Source: Escherichia coli 042 (GTDB lineage Bacteria; Pseudomonadota; Gammaproteobacteria; Enterobacterales; Enterobacteriaceae). From it: a stretch of DNA of 64,000 nt. The notes under the pieces are model-generated. The model worked only from the letters and a program-made list of their open reading frames with translations, made no database searches and was not told the origin of the DNA. Positions 1 through 9,832 of the stretch are shown here, in pieces. The DNA lies in assembly GCF_000027125.1 (NCBI RefSeq), contig NC_017626.1. The stretch is one strand, 5' to 3'. A program made the position numbers and the translations under genes. Within the stretch, counting starts at the first letter, position 1, and every line of letters begins with the position of its first letter.

Positions 1-9
1 GGATCTGCA

Positions 10-1554
10 TTATTCGCCCTCCGCTTTGTCGCGTACTTCGGTGATGTTGATGGCATCGATACGGCTACTGTTGAACAGGTTGAATTTGCTGTCCGAGCCG
101 TGGCAACCGTCGCCAAAGGTAAAACCGCAGCCATTGCGTTCTGCGAAGGCATCGCCCGCCATTTCCCGATGACTGGTTGGAATGACAAAACGGTCTTCAT
201 AGTTGGCAATGGCGAGGTAGCGATACATCTCTTCGACCTGGCCGACGCTCAGGCCTACTTCGTCAATGGCGCGGGTATCGGTAACGCCTTCCACGGTTTG
301 TGAACGCATATAGTGGCGCATCGCCATCATCCGTTTTAGCGCCCGCAGTACCGGACCGGTATCGCCGGCACTTAACATATTGGCGAGATATTGCACAGGA
401 ATACGCAGGCTCTCGATGGCTGGCAGCACGCCTTCGCTTTTCGGCAAACCGCCCGCATCTGCGTAGGACTGAATCGGTGACAGCGGAGGAACGTACCAGA
501 CCATCGGCAGGGTGCGGTATTCAGGGTGCAGCGGTAGCGCCAGTTTCCAGTCCATCGCCATTTTGTAGACTGGCGAACGCTGGGCAGCTTCAATCACGTT
601 TTGTGGAATACCTTGTTTCAGGGCTTCCTCGATCACTGAGGGATCGTGTGGATCGAGGAATACTTCGCACTGGCGTTCATAGAGGTCAACTTCACGCTCG
701 GTGCTCGCCGCTTCCTCGATGCGGTCAGCGTCGTAAAGCAGCACGCCCAGATACCGGATGCGACCCACGCAGGTTTCTGAGCACACGGTGGGTTGGCCTG
801 ACTCAATTCGTGGGTAACAGAAGATACATTTTTCTGACTTGCCGCTTTTCCAGTTGAAGTAGATTTTTTTGTACGGACAACCGCTAATGCACAAACGCCA
901 GCCACGGCATTTATCCTGATCGATCAGCACAATGCCGTCTTCTTCGCGTTTGTAGATAGCGCCGCTTGGGCAGGTCGCCACGCAACTGGGATTGAGGCAG
1001 TGTTCGCACAAGCGCGGCAGGTACATCATGAAGGTGTTTTCAAACTGCCCGTACATCTCCTTTTGCATGGCCTCGAAGTTGCGGTCACGGGCGCGTTTTT
1101 CGAATTCGCCGCCCAACAATTCTTCCCAGTTTGGCCCCCAGATCACTTTGTCCATCCGTTTGCCGTCAATCAGTGAACGCGGACGAGCAGTAGGGATATG
1201 TTTGCCTTCCGGTGCGCTATGCAAATGTTCGTAGTCGAAGGTGAAAGGTTCGTAGTAATCATCAATCTGCGGCACCACCGGGTTAGCGAAGATTTTGGTT
1301 ATTACGCCCATCTTGCTGCCCAGACGCGGGCGGATCTTGCCATTCACATCACGCACCCAGCCGCCTTGCCACTCTTCCTGATCTTCCCAGTTTTTCGGAT
1401 AACCAATGCCCGGTTTGGTTTCGACGTTGTTAAACCATGCGTACTCCATGCCTTCGCGTCCGGTCCAGACGTTTTTACAGGTCACCGAACAGGTATGGCA
1501 GCCGATACATTTATCGAGGTTAAGCACCATGCCGACTTGCGAACGTATTTTCAT
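10..1554 (-). CDS. narY: Respiratory nitrate reductase Z beta subunit (Fe-S)
   Basis: 514-aa ORF starting MKIRSQVGMVLNLDKCIGCHTCSVTCK with multiple Cys clusters typical of NarH/NarY; start overlaps narZ stop (ATGA). Confidence 0.93.
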   Translation of the reverse strand: MKIRSQVGMVLNLDKCIGCHTCSVTCKNVWTGREGMEYAWFNNVETKPGIGYPKNWEDQEEWQGGWVRDVNGKIRPRLGSKMGVITKIFANPVVPQIDDYYEPFTFDYEHLHSAPEGKHIPTARPRSLIDGKRMDKVIWGPNWEELLGGEFEKRARDRNFEAMQKEMYGQFENTFMMYLPRLCEHCLNPSCVATCPSGAIYKREEDGIVLIDQDKCRGWRLCISGCPYKKIYFNWKSGKSEKCIFCYPRIESGQPTVCSETCVGRIRYLGVLLYDADRIEEAASTEREVDLYERQCEVFLDPHDPSVIEEALKQGIPQNVIEAAQRSPVYKMAMDWKLALPLHPEYRTLPMVWYVPPLSPIQSYADAGGLPKSEGVLPAIESLRIPVQYLANMLSAGDTGPVLRALKRMMAMRHYMRSQTVEGVTDTRAIDEVGLSVGQVEEMYRYLAIANYEDRFVIPTSHREMAGDAFAERNGCGFTFGDGCHGSDSKFNLFNSSRIDAINITEVRDKAEGE

Positions 1555-4500
1555 TTTTTCGCCTCCTGTACCTGATCGCGACCTTCATCATCCAGCCAGT
1601 TAACGTTCTTCATCTTGCGGATCATGATGAATTCGTCGCGGTTCGAGCCGACGGTGCCGTAGTAGTTAAAGCCCCAGGCCAGCTGCGCGTAACCGCCAAT
1701 CATATGCGTTGGTTTCGGACAAACGCGGGTGACCGAGTTATGAATGCCGCCGCGCATGCCAGTTACTTCCGAACCAGGAATATTCATAATGCGTTCCTGG
1801 GCGTGATACATCATGGTCATACCCGGCGGTACACGTTGGCTGACCACCGCGCGGGCAGTCAGCGCGCCGTTGGCGTTAAACACTTCCACCCAGTCGTTAT
1901 CGACAATGGTCAGTTCACGGGCATCGGTTTCGCTGATCCAGACAATTGGTCCACCGCGAGAGAGCGTCAGCATTAGCAGGTTTTCACTGTAGGTTGAGTG
2001 AATGCCCCATTTCTGGTGCGGCGTCAGGAAGTTAAGTGCTTTTTCCGGGAAGCCGTTTGGCGGTATCTGGCGCATTTCACTGACGCTACGGGTGTCGATA
2101 GGCGGGCGATAAGCCACCAGGCTTTCACCAAAAGCACGCATCCACGGATGATCCTGATAAAGCTGCTGGCGTCCCGACAGCGTGCGCCACGGAATTAACT
2201 CATGAACGTTGGTGTATCCCGCGTTATAGGAGACGTGATCGCTTTCCAGACCAGACCATGTGGGGCTGGAGATAATTTTACGTGGCTGCGCCTGAATATC
2301 GCGAAAGCGAATCTTCTCGTCCTCTTTGTGCAGCGCCAGATGGGTATGTTCGCGTCCGGTGATCTCGCCCAGCGCCTGCCACGCTTTGACTGCAACATGA
2401 CCGTTGGTTTCCGGTGCCAGCGCCAGAATCACTTCTGATGCGTCAATGGCGGTGTCAATCAGCGGACGCCCCTGTGCTGGGCCTTCACGCTTGGTGTAGT
2501 TGAGTTTGCCGAGGAAATCGATTTCATCCTGGGTATTCCACGAAATCCCTTTACCGCCGTTGCCAAGTTTGTCCATCAATGGCCCGAGCGAGGTAAAGCG
2601 TTCATAGGTAGCAGGGTAGTCGCGTTCCACCGCCACAATATTGGGCGCAGTTTTACCTGGAATCAGATCGCATTCGCCTTTGCGCCAGTCGAGCACTTCA
2701 CACGGCTGTGAGAGTTCTGCCGGAGAGTCATGCAGCAGTGGTTGTAATACCACGTCGGTTTCTTTGCCAAGATGGCCCACGCACGCTTGCGAAAAGGCTT
2801 TGGCAATACCTTTGTAGATTTCCCAGTCGCTGCGTGATTCCCACGCCGGATCGACCGCCGCAGATAGGGGATGAATAAACGGATGCATATCCGAGGTGTT
2901 CATATCGTCTTTTTCGTACCAGGTGGCGGTGGGCAGAACGATATCGGAGAACAGGCAGGTACTGGACATACGGAAGTCGAGCGTCACCAGCAGGTCGAGC
3001 TTGCCTTCAATCGCCGCAGTTTGCCACTCGACTTCTTCTGGTTTGATCCCGTCGCTGGCACCGAGTTCCTGACCCTGAATCCCACTTTCGGTTCCCAGCA
3101 GATACTTCTGCATATACTCGTGGCCTTTGCCGGAGGAGCCAAGCAGGTTAGAACGCCAGACAAACAAATTACGCGGATGATTGCTGCCGCTATCTGGTTG
3201 TTCGCAGGCCATGCGTAAATCGCCCGAATTCAGCGCCTGGGCGGTAAATTCTGTGGGGGATAATCCGGCCTTGTCGGCTTCAGCTTTAATCCCGAGCGGG
3301 TTACGCCCCAGCTGCGGCGCAGAAGGTAGCCAGCCCATACGTTCGGCACGAACGTTGAAATCAATCAGATGACCGCTGTACTTACTGGCATCGGCGAGCG
3401 GTGAAAGTAACTCCTGAGCAGAGACTTTTTCATAGCGCCATTGGCTGGAATGATTGTAGAAAAACGAGGTGCTGTTCATCTGGCGCGGTGGTCGGTTCCA
3501 ATCGAGCGCAAAGGCCAGCGGCAACCAGCCGGTTTGCGGGCGCAGTTTTTCCTGACCGACATAGTGTGCCCAGCCGCCACCGCTTTGCCCGACACAACCG
3601 CAGAAGATCAGCATGTTGATCATTCCCCGGTAGTTCATGTCCATGTGGTACCAGTGGTTAACACCTGCGCCGAGGATAATCATCGAGCGTCCATGCGTTT
3701 TATGGGCAGTATCGGCAAATTCACGAGCGATGGTTTCAATATACTGGCGCGGCACACCGGTAATTTGCTCACCCCAGGCTGGGGTGTACGGTTTGATTTC
3801 AGCGTAATCTTTCGCGCTGTTTTCATCTTCCAGCCCGCGATCGAGGCCGTAATTCGCCAGTACCAAATCATAAACGCTGACCACCGGACAGGTGTTGCCA
3901 TCGGCTAATGTCAGGTTTTTAACGGGCAATTGGCGCACCTGGACCGGATTGTGTTTTACGCTGCGAAAATGCGGATTTTCAATGCCGCCAAAGTAGGGGA
4001 AGGCCACGCCTGCAACGGCATCATGTTGACCGAGCAGGGTTAATGACAATTCGGTTTCCGTACCGGCGGCAATAGATTCCAGATTCCATTTGCCTTTTTC
4101 TCCCCAGCGAAAACCAATCGAACCGTTCGGCACCACCAGTTCACCTGCGGTATTAACTGCCACGGTTTTCCACTGCGGATTATTGCTTTCGCCCAGTCCA
4201 TCCACCAGGTCAGATGCGCGGACCATGCGCCCGGGAACGTAGCTGCCGTCGTCGCGAGGTTCCAGCATTACCAGCATCGGCATGTCGCTGTAGCGGCGGC
4301 AGTAGTTGATAAAATAATCGCTGGGATTATCGAGATGAAACTCTTTTAAAATGACATGGCCCATTGCCATTGCCAGGGCACTATCAGTGCCTTGTTTCGG
4401 TGCCAGCCACTGGTCGCACAATTTGGCCACTTCAGAGTAGTCAGGGGTAATGGCGATGGTTTTAGTGCCTTTGTAGCGTACTTCGGTAAAGAAGTGGGCG

Positions 4501-5291
4501 TCCGGCGTACGTGTCTGAGGTACGTTAGACCCCCAGGCGATGATGTAGCTGGAGTTATACCAGTCGGCAGATTCTGGCACGTCGGTTTGCTCGCCCCAGG
4601 TCATCGGCGAGGCAGGCGGCAGGTCGCAATACCAGTCATAGAAACTTAAACAGGTGCCACCTAACAGCGACAGATAACGTGTTCCGGCGGCGTAAGAAAC
4701 CATCGACATCGCCGGGATCGGCGAGAAACCGGCAACGCGATCCGGGCCGTAAGTTTTGATGGTCCAGACGTTAGCGGCAGCAATCAGCTGATTTAGCTCC
4801 TGCCAGTTAGAGCGGATAAAGCCGCCGCGTCCACGTACTTGTTTGTAGCTCAGGCACTTTTGCGGATCGTTCATAATCGATGCCCACGCCAGTACCGGAT
4901 CGCTGTGTTGCTTGAGGGCTTCGCGCCACAGTTCAATCAGTCGTTTACGAATGAGCGGGTATTTCAGACGGTTAGCGCTGTAGAGATACCAGGAGTAACT
5001 TGCGCCACGCGGGCAGCCGCGAGGTTCATGATTGGGCAGGTCAGGGCGAGTGCGCGGGTAGTCGGTCTGTTGGATTTCCCAGGTCACCAGACCATTTTTA
5101 ACGTAGATTTTCCAGCTACAGGAGCCTGTACAGTTAACACCGTGGGTGGAACGCACGATTTTGTCGAACTGCCAACGCTGGCGATAGCTGTCCTCCCAGT
5201 CGCGGTTGCTATGCATCACCTGTCCGTGACCATCGGCAAAGGTTTCGCCCTTTTGTTTGAAGTAGCGAAAGCGATCCAAAAGTTTACTCAT
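1551..5291 (-). CDS. narZ: Respiratory nitrate reductase Z alpha subunit (molybdopterin)
   Basis: Track ORF is 1287 aa; start moved to internal ATG at 5289-5291 giving MSKLLDRFRYFKQKGETF (1246 aa), the NarG/NarZ N-terminus with the HGVNCTGSCSW Fe-S motif. Confidence 0.93.
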   Translation of the reverse strand: MSKLLDRFRYFKQKGETFADGHGQVMHSNRDWEDSYRQRWQFDKIVRSTHGVNCTGSCSWKIYVKNGLVTWEIQQTDYPRTRPDLPNHEPRGCPRGASYSWYLYSANRLKYPLIRKRLIELWREALKQHSDPVLAWASIMNDPQKCLSYKQVRGRGGFIRSNWQELNQLIAAANVWTIKTYGPDRVAGFSPIPAMSMVSYAAGTRYLSLLGGTCLSFYDWYCDLPPASPMTWGEQTDVPESADWYNSSYIIAWGSNVPQTRTPDAHFFTEVRYKGTKTIAITPDYSEVAKLCDQWLAPKQGTDSALAMAMGHVILKEFHLDNPSDYFINYCRRYSDMPMLVMLEPRDDGSYVPGRMVRASDLVDGLGESNNPQWKTVAVNTAGELVVPNGSIGFRWGEKGKWNLESIAAGTETELSLTLLGQHDAVAGVAFPYFGGIENPHFRSVKHNPVQVRQLPVKNLTLADGNTCPVVSVYDLVLANYGLDRGLEDENSAKDYAEIKPYTPAWGEQITGVPRQYIETIAREFADTAHKTHGRSMIILGAGVNHWYHMDMNYRGMINMLIFCGCVGQSGGGWAHYVGQEKLRPQTGWLPLAFALDWNRPPRQMNSTSFFYNHSSQWRYEKVSAQELLSPLADASKYSGHLIDFNVRAERMGWLPSAPQLGRNPLGIKAEADKAGLSPTEFTAQALNSGDLRMACEQPDSGSNHPRNLFVWRSNLLGSSGKGHEYMQKYLLGTESGIQGQELGASDGIKPEEVEWQTAAIEGKLDLLVTLDFRMSSTCLFSDIVLPTATWYEKDDMNTSDMHPFIHPLSAAVDPAWESRSDWEIYKGIAKAFSQACVGHLGKETDVVLQPLLHDSPAELSQPCEVLDWRKGECDLIPGKTAPNIVAVERDYPATYERFTSLGPLMDKLGNGGKGISWNTQDEIDFLGKLNYTKREGPAQGRPLIDTAIDASEVILALAPETNGHVAVKAWQALGEITGREHTHLALHKEDEKIRFRDIQAQPRKIISSPTWSGLESDHVSYNAGYTNVHELIPWRTLSGRQQLYQDHPWMRAFGESLVAYRPPIDTRSVSEMRQIPPNGFPEKALNFLTPHQKWGIHSTYSENLLMLTLSRGGPIVWISETDARELTIVDNDWVEVFNANGALTARAVVSQRVPPGMTMMYHAQERIMNIPGSEVTGMRGGIHNSVTRVCPKPTHMIGGYAQLAWGFNYYGTVGSNRDEFIMIRKMKNVNWLDDEGRDQVQEAKK

Positions 5292-5385
5292 GACATAACT
5301 CCTGCTCCAGGAATGAATTGGGATCTGATGCCTTGTCGGGTGCGACACGGTTGTAGCCTGATAAGACGTGTCAGGCATCGATCTC

Positions 5386-6774
5386 TTATTTTTGGCTGAA
5401 CTTCCGCCGACCATAAACCAGCCAGGTCAGCAGCACACAAACGATGTAGAAGATTAAAAACACTTTCATCGCGCCTACCGGAGAGCCGGTCATATTGAGC
5501 GACATGCCAAACGCCTGCGGAATGAAAAAGCCGCCCACTGCGCCAATGGCTGAGATAAAGCCCAGAGCCGCCGCCGTTTCGGTGACGGCTTCTCTCTGAG
5601 CTTGCTCATCACTACCGCCTTTCATCTTCACCCGATAAATGGTTATCTGGCGAAAGATGACGGCGATCATCTGGAAAGTAGAACCACTTCCCAGACCTGC
5701 GGTCAGAAACAACCCCATAAATACGGCGTAAAATGCGATGAAATTACCGGAGCCTGTGCCCGGTAAGGTAAGGAACAGCAGGGCGCTGAAAATCGCCATA
5801 AAAATGAAGTTGATCAACGTCACCCGCACGCCGCCGAATTTATCGGAAATAGCACCACCAACCGACCGCGCGATGGCACCAATAAATGGGCCAAAGAACG
5901 CCAGGCGCAGAATATTCACATCAGGGAACTGAGTTTTCGCCAGCATGGCAAAACCCGCAGAAAAACCGATAAACGAACCGAAGGTGGCAAGGTAAAGCAG
6001 GCTCAGCAGCCAGAGATGCAGGCGTTGTAACACTGGCAGCTGGTCGGCAATTGACGCGCGTGAACTGGCGATATCATTCATCCCTGACCAGGCGGCGATC
6101 GTGGCAATCGCCAGTAATGGCACCCAAATCCATGCGGCATTCGCCAGCGACATCACCGAACCGTCGGCCTGCGGTACGCCATTGACGCCGAGAAAGGCAA
6201 ATACGGGTACAAAAATGACCAGCGGTGCAACCAGCTGCATCACACTTACACCTAAGTTTCCTAATCCGCCATTAATCCCAAGTGCGCTCCCTTGTTTGGC
6301 TTTTGGGAAGAAGAAACTGATATTGCCCATGCTCGAAGCAAAGTTCGCACCTGCAAAACCGCATAGCAAAGCGATAACGATAAATATCCCAAAAGGAGTA
6401 TTCGGATTCTGCACGGCAATTCCGAGCCAGACGCAAGGAATAATCAGGATTGCAGTACTAAAAACCGTCCATCGGCGTCCACCAAATATAGGCACCATAA
6501 AGGAGTAGGGGACACGCAATAATGCGCCAGAAACGGAGGGTAATGCGGTTAATAAAAAGAGTTGATCGGTAGTGAAATTAAAACCGATTTTATTGAGATT
6601 AACAGTAACTGCGCTAAATAGCATCCAGACACAGAAGGCAAGAAGTAGACAACTGACTGATATCCAGAGGTTTCTTCGAGCAATATGTTTTCCTTTATTT
6701 TCCCAGAAGGCCGGATTTTCTGGTTTCCAGTCGCGCAAAAGATAACGACTAGTTTTCTCATTTTGCAGTGCCAT
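5386..6774 (-). CDS. narU: Nitrate/nitrite transporter (MFS, NarK family)
   Basis: Start taken at internal ATG 6772-6774 (MALQNEKTSRYLLRDWKPENPAFW), 462 aa; multi-TM hydrophobic profile; sits immediately upstream of narZ. Confidence 0.9.
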   Translation of the reverse strand: MALQNEKTSRYLLRDWKPENPAFWENKGKHIARRNLWISVSCLLLAFCVWMLFSAVTVNLNKIGFNFTTDQLFLLTALPSVSGALLRVPYSFMVPIFGGRRWTVFSTAILIIPCVWLGIAVQNPNTPFGIFIVIALLCGFAGANFASSMGNISFFFPKAKQGSALGINGGLGNLGVSVMQLVAPLVIFVPVFAFLGVNGVPQADGSVMSLANAAWIWVPLLAIATIAAWSGMNDIASSRASIADQLPVLQRLHLWLLSLLYLATFGSFIGFSAGFAMLAKTQFPDVNILRLAFFGPFIGAIARSVGGAISDKFGGVRVTLINFIFMAIFSALLFLTLPGTGSGNFIAFYAVFMGLFLTAGLGSGSTFQMIAVIFRQITIYRVKMKGGSDEQAQREAVTETAAALGFISAIGAVGGFFIPQAFGMSLNMTGSPVGAMKVFLIFYIVCVLLTWLVYGRRKFSQK

Positions 6775-7085
6775 ATTGTTCCTCACATGTACACATTGGT
6801 AATGAAAAAAAGACAAAACAGGAGGTAAGGCGCAATAGCCAGTTATTAGAATTAAGGATGAATTGGGTGAAGTGCTGATTGAAAGAATAGATAAGAAAGC
6901 GTAACCGCGGGGGCAGAATGGGGATTAAACAGACAGATATGTGTTACTAAATGTAACTAACAAGCTAACCATTAAACGGATGTTAAGCTATGTATGCATG
7001 TCATGATCCAACCCTTCAGATGATGAATCCAAAGGGTTTATATTTTTAACAAGACCAGACACTTATAGAATTAGTGATGATTTAT

Positions 7086-8342
7086 TCACTGAAAAGGCCA
7101 TGAGCTGGAGGAAAACGATCTGTCCAGAAAGTCTATCGGTTCCTCTCTTATCGCCTCATTGTAATAATCGTTATTACAGTAAGTATTGTTTATTTCATCT
7201 AATGTCATATTTTTAATTTTTATATTCATCTGATTTACAACTTCTTCTGTTTTATAAGTGTGTATATTATATGGGGTATATGCTTCTTTAATAGTATAGT
7301 GAAACAATTCGTTATCCACATCTACTCCGTCAGAGTGAACTTCAAATGCACCAGGCGAAAGAATTGCCAGGCCAGTATTAAGCTTAAGTGCTGGGGAAAA
7401 TAAATTAAATAACATGAGCTGGATAGTAGGGCAATTGTTCTTCCCAGAAACATTTAAAAAATTTAAGTTTTTGCTCTGTTTTATTATGGGGAATAAAGTT
7501 CCAATATCGGACGTATTCTTAGTGTCAATGCGGGTTATTTTATTATTGTCCAGCCTTAAACTTTTGATAGATGAAAGATAAGTCAGGAAATGAAGGTTTA
7601 TTTTTTCCAACTGATTGTTCGCAGCGTTTAATGTCTGAATATTGCAGAAGTTGCTAAAGAATATTTTAATTTCAGAAAGCAAGTTGTTGTTGATAAGTAA
7701 CGTATTCAAGTTGGGAAAAAAGGTATTATGTAAACTTGTTAGTTTATTATGGGATAGATCCAGAAGTAAGAGTTCATCTTTATTTCCTGCAACAATATCA
7801 GTTAATTGATTGTGGCTGAGATTCAGGTACTGCAGCCTTTCGCAACATTCTAATTGCACAAACTCTAGTTGATTATGTGCCGCACTAAAATAAGTAATTG
7901 ATGAAAGCCTATCTATATCAATATTTCTGAGAGAATTATTATTCATAGATATATGTGTAATGCTTACATTTCTACCTTGAGGAAAATTTATTGACTCAAG
8001 AGCATTACTATTCAGACTAAGGTTGATGAGTCTATCGTAGGTGGTTGCATCAAAATGTTTGAGTTGGTTCTCATCAAGATTGATAGAGGTGAAGTTTTGC
8101 AGTCCTGGTGGTTGAGTAGTTAAATTAAGCCCTGATAAATCAATATTATTCTGTTTCGACAAAAAAGCACAATTTATCCTTTTAGCGGCTTCGTTTCGGC
8201 ATTCCGGACGATGGATTTCACCTGTAAGTATGCGTTCTGCTTTCCATTGATTTAATTCGAGCATCCAGTTAAGTTCATTTTTTTCTGGATGTTGCTGTAT
8301 GGATTGTGGATTTATTTTATTAAATATTGAAGGGAATTTCAT
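7086..8342 (-). CDS. Leucine-rich repeat protein (YopM/IpaH-like N-terminal region plus about 10 LRRs, no recognisable catalytic domain)
   Basis: Track ORF begins at GTG 8381; preferred start is ATG 8340-8342 (MKFPSIFNKI) preceded by GGAG. Tandem ~22-residue LxxLxLxxNxL repeats; very AT-rich coding sequence. Occupies the yddJ/yddK position of K-12. Confidence 0.8.
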   Translation of the reverse strand: MKFPSIFNKINPQSIQQHPEKNELNWMLELNQWKAERILTGEIHRPECRNEAAKRINCAFLSKQNNIDLSGLNLTTQPPGLQNFTSINLDENQLKHFDATTYDRLINLSLNSNALESINFPQGRNVSITHISMNNNSLRNIDIDRLSSITYFSAAHNQLEFVQLECCERLQYLNLSHNQLTDIVAGNKDELLLLDLSHNKLTSLHNTFFPNLNTLLINNNLLSEIKIFFSNFCNIQTLNAANNQLEKINLHFLTYLSSIKSLRLDNNKITRIDTKNTSDIGTLFPIIKQSKNLNFLNVSGKNNCPTIQLMLFNLFSPALKLNTGLAILSPGAFEVHSDGVDVDNELFHYTIKEAYTPYNIHTYKTEEVVNQMNIKIKNMTLDEINNTYCNNDYYNEAIREEPIDFLDRSFSSSSWPFQ

Positions 8343-8403
8343 AACTGCTCCGTAGTAATACTTTCTTTTCTGATTTATCACCCTTGATAAATCAGGATGT
8401 GTT

Positions 8404-9663
8404 TTATAACTCTGTAGAAAAGGATTGGCTTAACCAATTATTGGGTGTTGAACCATAACCTAAGGAAGGTTTATCCTCATTATGAATATAATAACAGACG
8501 GGTGTGCCCGTTGGGTCCTTTAGCCCCGAGTGTGAGGGTAGAGAAGAGGAATTTGACTTATAGTCACCAACCCCGTACATGCGATGCATAGGCAGAATGG
8601 CTTTTAGTTCTGCGTCAGAAAATATTGTTTCTTCTTCTATTAAAGCGTACTCTCTGGAATAATATTTTGATCTATAACGAATAGACATTGAGTCATTGTC
8701 TTTTATATGATTTCCTTCGGAATTCTCGCTTACTTCTACAAGATGTTCATCGCTGGTATCGATATTTGTGATTGCCAGGTTATAAGATAATTCAATGGTC
8801 ACTTCATTAGTGTCATCAATTATATTTCTTACTGCAGTCCAGTACTGCATTTGGGCAAGTGGATCATTGTTGATGCCGTTAACTAATACATGCCAAAGAT
8901 GTTTTGATGATATTAATTGATCAATGTCATCTGTTGGCAATAAATTGTTATTGCTTAAGTTTAAATATTCCAGTTTTGTAGTGGTTTTCGCGTTTAAGTG
9001 TGCAATATGGTTGTCGTTTAAAGTGATTTTTTTCATCCTGGGATGATTGTGTAATATAAGGTCAGTGATCATATTGTGATGGGCACTTAACTCAATCAGA
9101 GATTCTTGCCGGGAGAGATCCAGCGATGCTAGCTTGTTATAATCAAGATTAAGAAATTTCAGTTTATAACTATCAGAAATATTAATTTTTGTCAGGTTGT
9201 TATTTTGCGCTTCCAGGTTAACCAATGAATACTGATTTTTTAAATCCAAATTTTCCAGATTGTTGTGATCAATATAAATATTTTCCAGTTTTGATTCATT
9301 TGGAAAGGTTATCGTTTTAATTTTATTAAAGCTGAGGTTGATATTGACGAGGCTGGCATTGTCAGTAAAGTCAAGACAAGTGAGACAATTTTTTTCCAGA
9401 TTTAACGTGTTAACTGTCGAGGGGATAGGCGGTAACTCACTCAAATCAAGATATGACAAATCAAGAGATGCCATGTTCGAATTGTAAGCTTCTTTAATTC
9501 GCTCTACGGCAATAGCTCTTTCTTCACCATTATTAAGCGACTTATTACCCCATTGTGCCAGTCGTTCACAAAAATTGCTGGAGATGGTTTCTTTGTTAGG
9601 TAATGCGTTATTTAATTGATAACTGGCATTATTTTTTACACAAGCTGTATTAATATTGGTCAT
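8404..9663 (-). CDS. Leucine-rich repeat protein, paralogous architecture to the adjacent LRR gene
   Basis: ORF begins MTNINTACVKNNASYQL (ATG 9661-9663; an upstream GTG at 9669 is also possible). N-terminal ERLAQWGNK...GEERAIAVERIKEA segment followed by LRRs (LDLSELPPIPSTVNTLNLEKNCLTCL...), then a ~130-aa C-terminal region of unknown type. Confidence 0.8.
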   Translation of the reverse strand: MTNINTACVKNNASYQLNNALPNKETISSNFCERLAQWGNKSLNNGEERAIAVERIKEAYNSNMASLDLSYLDLSELPPIPSTVNTLNLEKNCLTCLDFTDNASLVNINLSFNKIKTITFPNESKLENIYIDHNNLENLDLKNQYSLVNLEAQNNNLTKINISDSYKLKFLNLDYNKLASLDLSRQESLIELSAHHNMITDLILHNHPRMKKITLNDNHIAHLNAKTTTKLEYLNLSNNNLLPTDDIDQLISSKHLWHVLVNGINNDPLAQMQYWTAVRNIIDDTNEVTIELSYNLAITNIDTSDEHLVEVSENSEGNHIKDNDSMSIRYRSKYYSREYALIEEETIFSDAELKAILPMHRMYGVGDYKSNSSSLPSHSGLKDPTGTPVCYYIHNEDKPSLGYGSTPNNWLSQSFSTEL

Positions 9664-9790
9664 AATCACTCATCAATAAATATTATAGTAAGATGTCCCC
9701 GGAGGGTATGGAATAATATTAATTGAGGTGAATGACCAGAAATATCAAAAATTGCTCATTTTTACTTAAGGAGTCATACAGCAGCACTTA

Positions 9791-9819
9791 AATCAAAAAC
9801 CAGCCCAGAGAAGGGCTGG
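9791..9819 (-). terminator. Rho-independent terminator downstream of the porin gene
   Basis: Minus-strand RNA: CCAGCCC-UUCUCU-GGGCUGG hairpin followed by UUUUUGAUUU, beginning 14 nt after the porin stop codon. Confidence 0.6.
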
Positions 9820-9832
9820 TCAGGAGAGGATG

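Noticed and set aside
300-857. 185-aa plus-strand ORF inside narY, with similar antisense or overlapping ORFs elsewhere (36378..36869 in gadB, 46188..46808 in ydeN, 61206..61916 in the autotransporter).
   Set aside because: Each is embedded in a confidently identified gene on the opposite strand, lacks RBS and start context, and has a biased low-complexity composition.
5292-5414. N-terminal extensions in the ORF track (narZ to 5414, narU to 6816, ddpA to 27659, gadB to 37169, dosP to 30800, adhP to 18911, ydeN to 47612, and others).
   Set aside because: Internal start codons are preceded by clear Shine-Dalgarno sequences and yield N-termini or signal peptides characteristic of the protein families; the extensions lack RBS.
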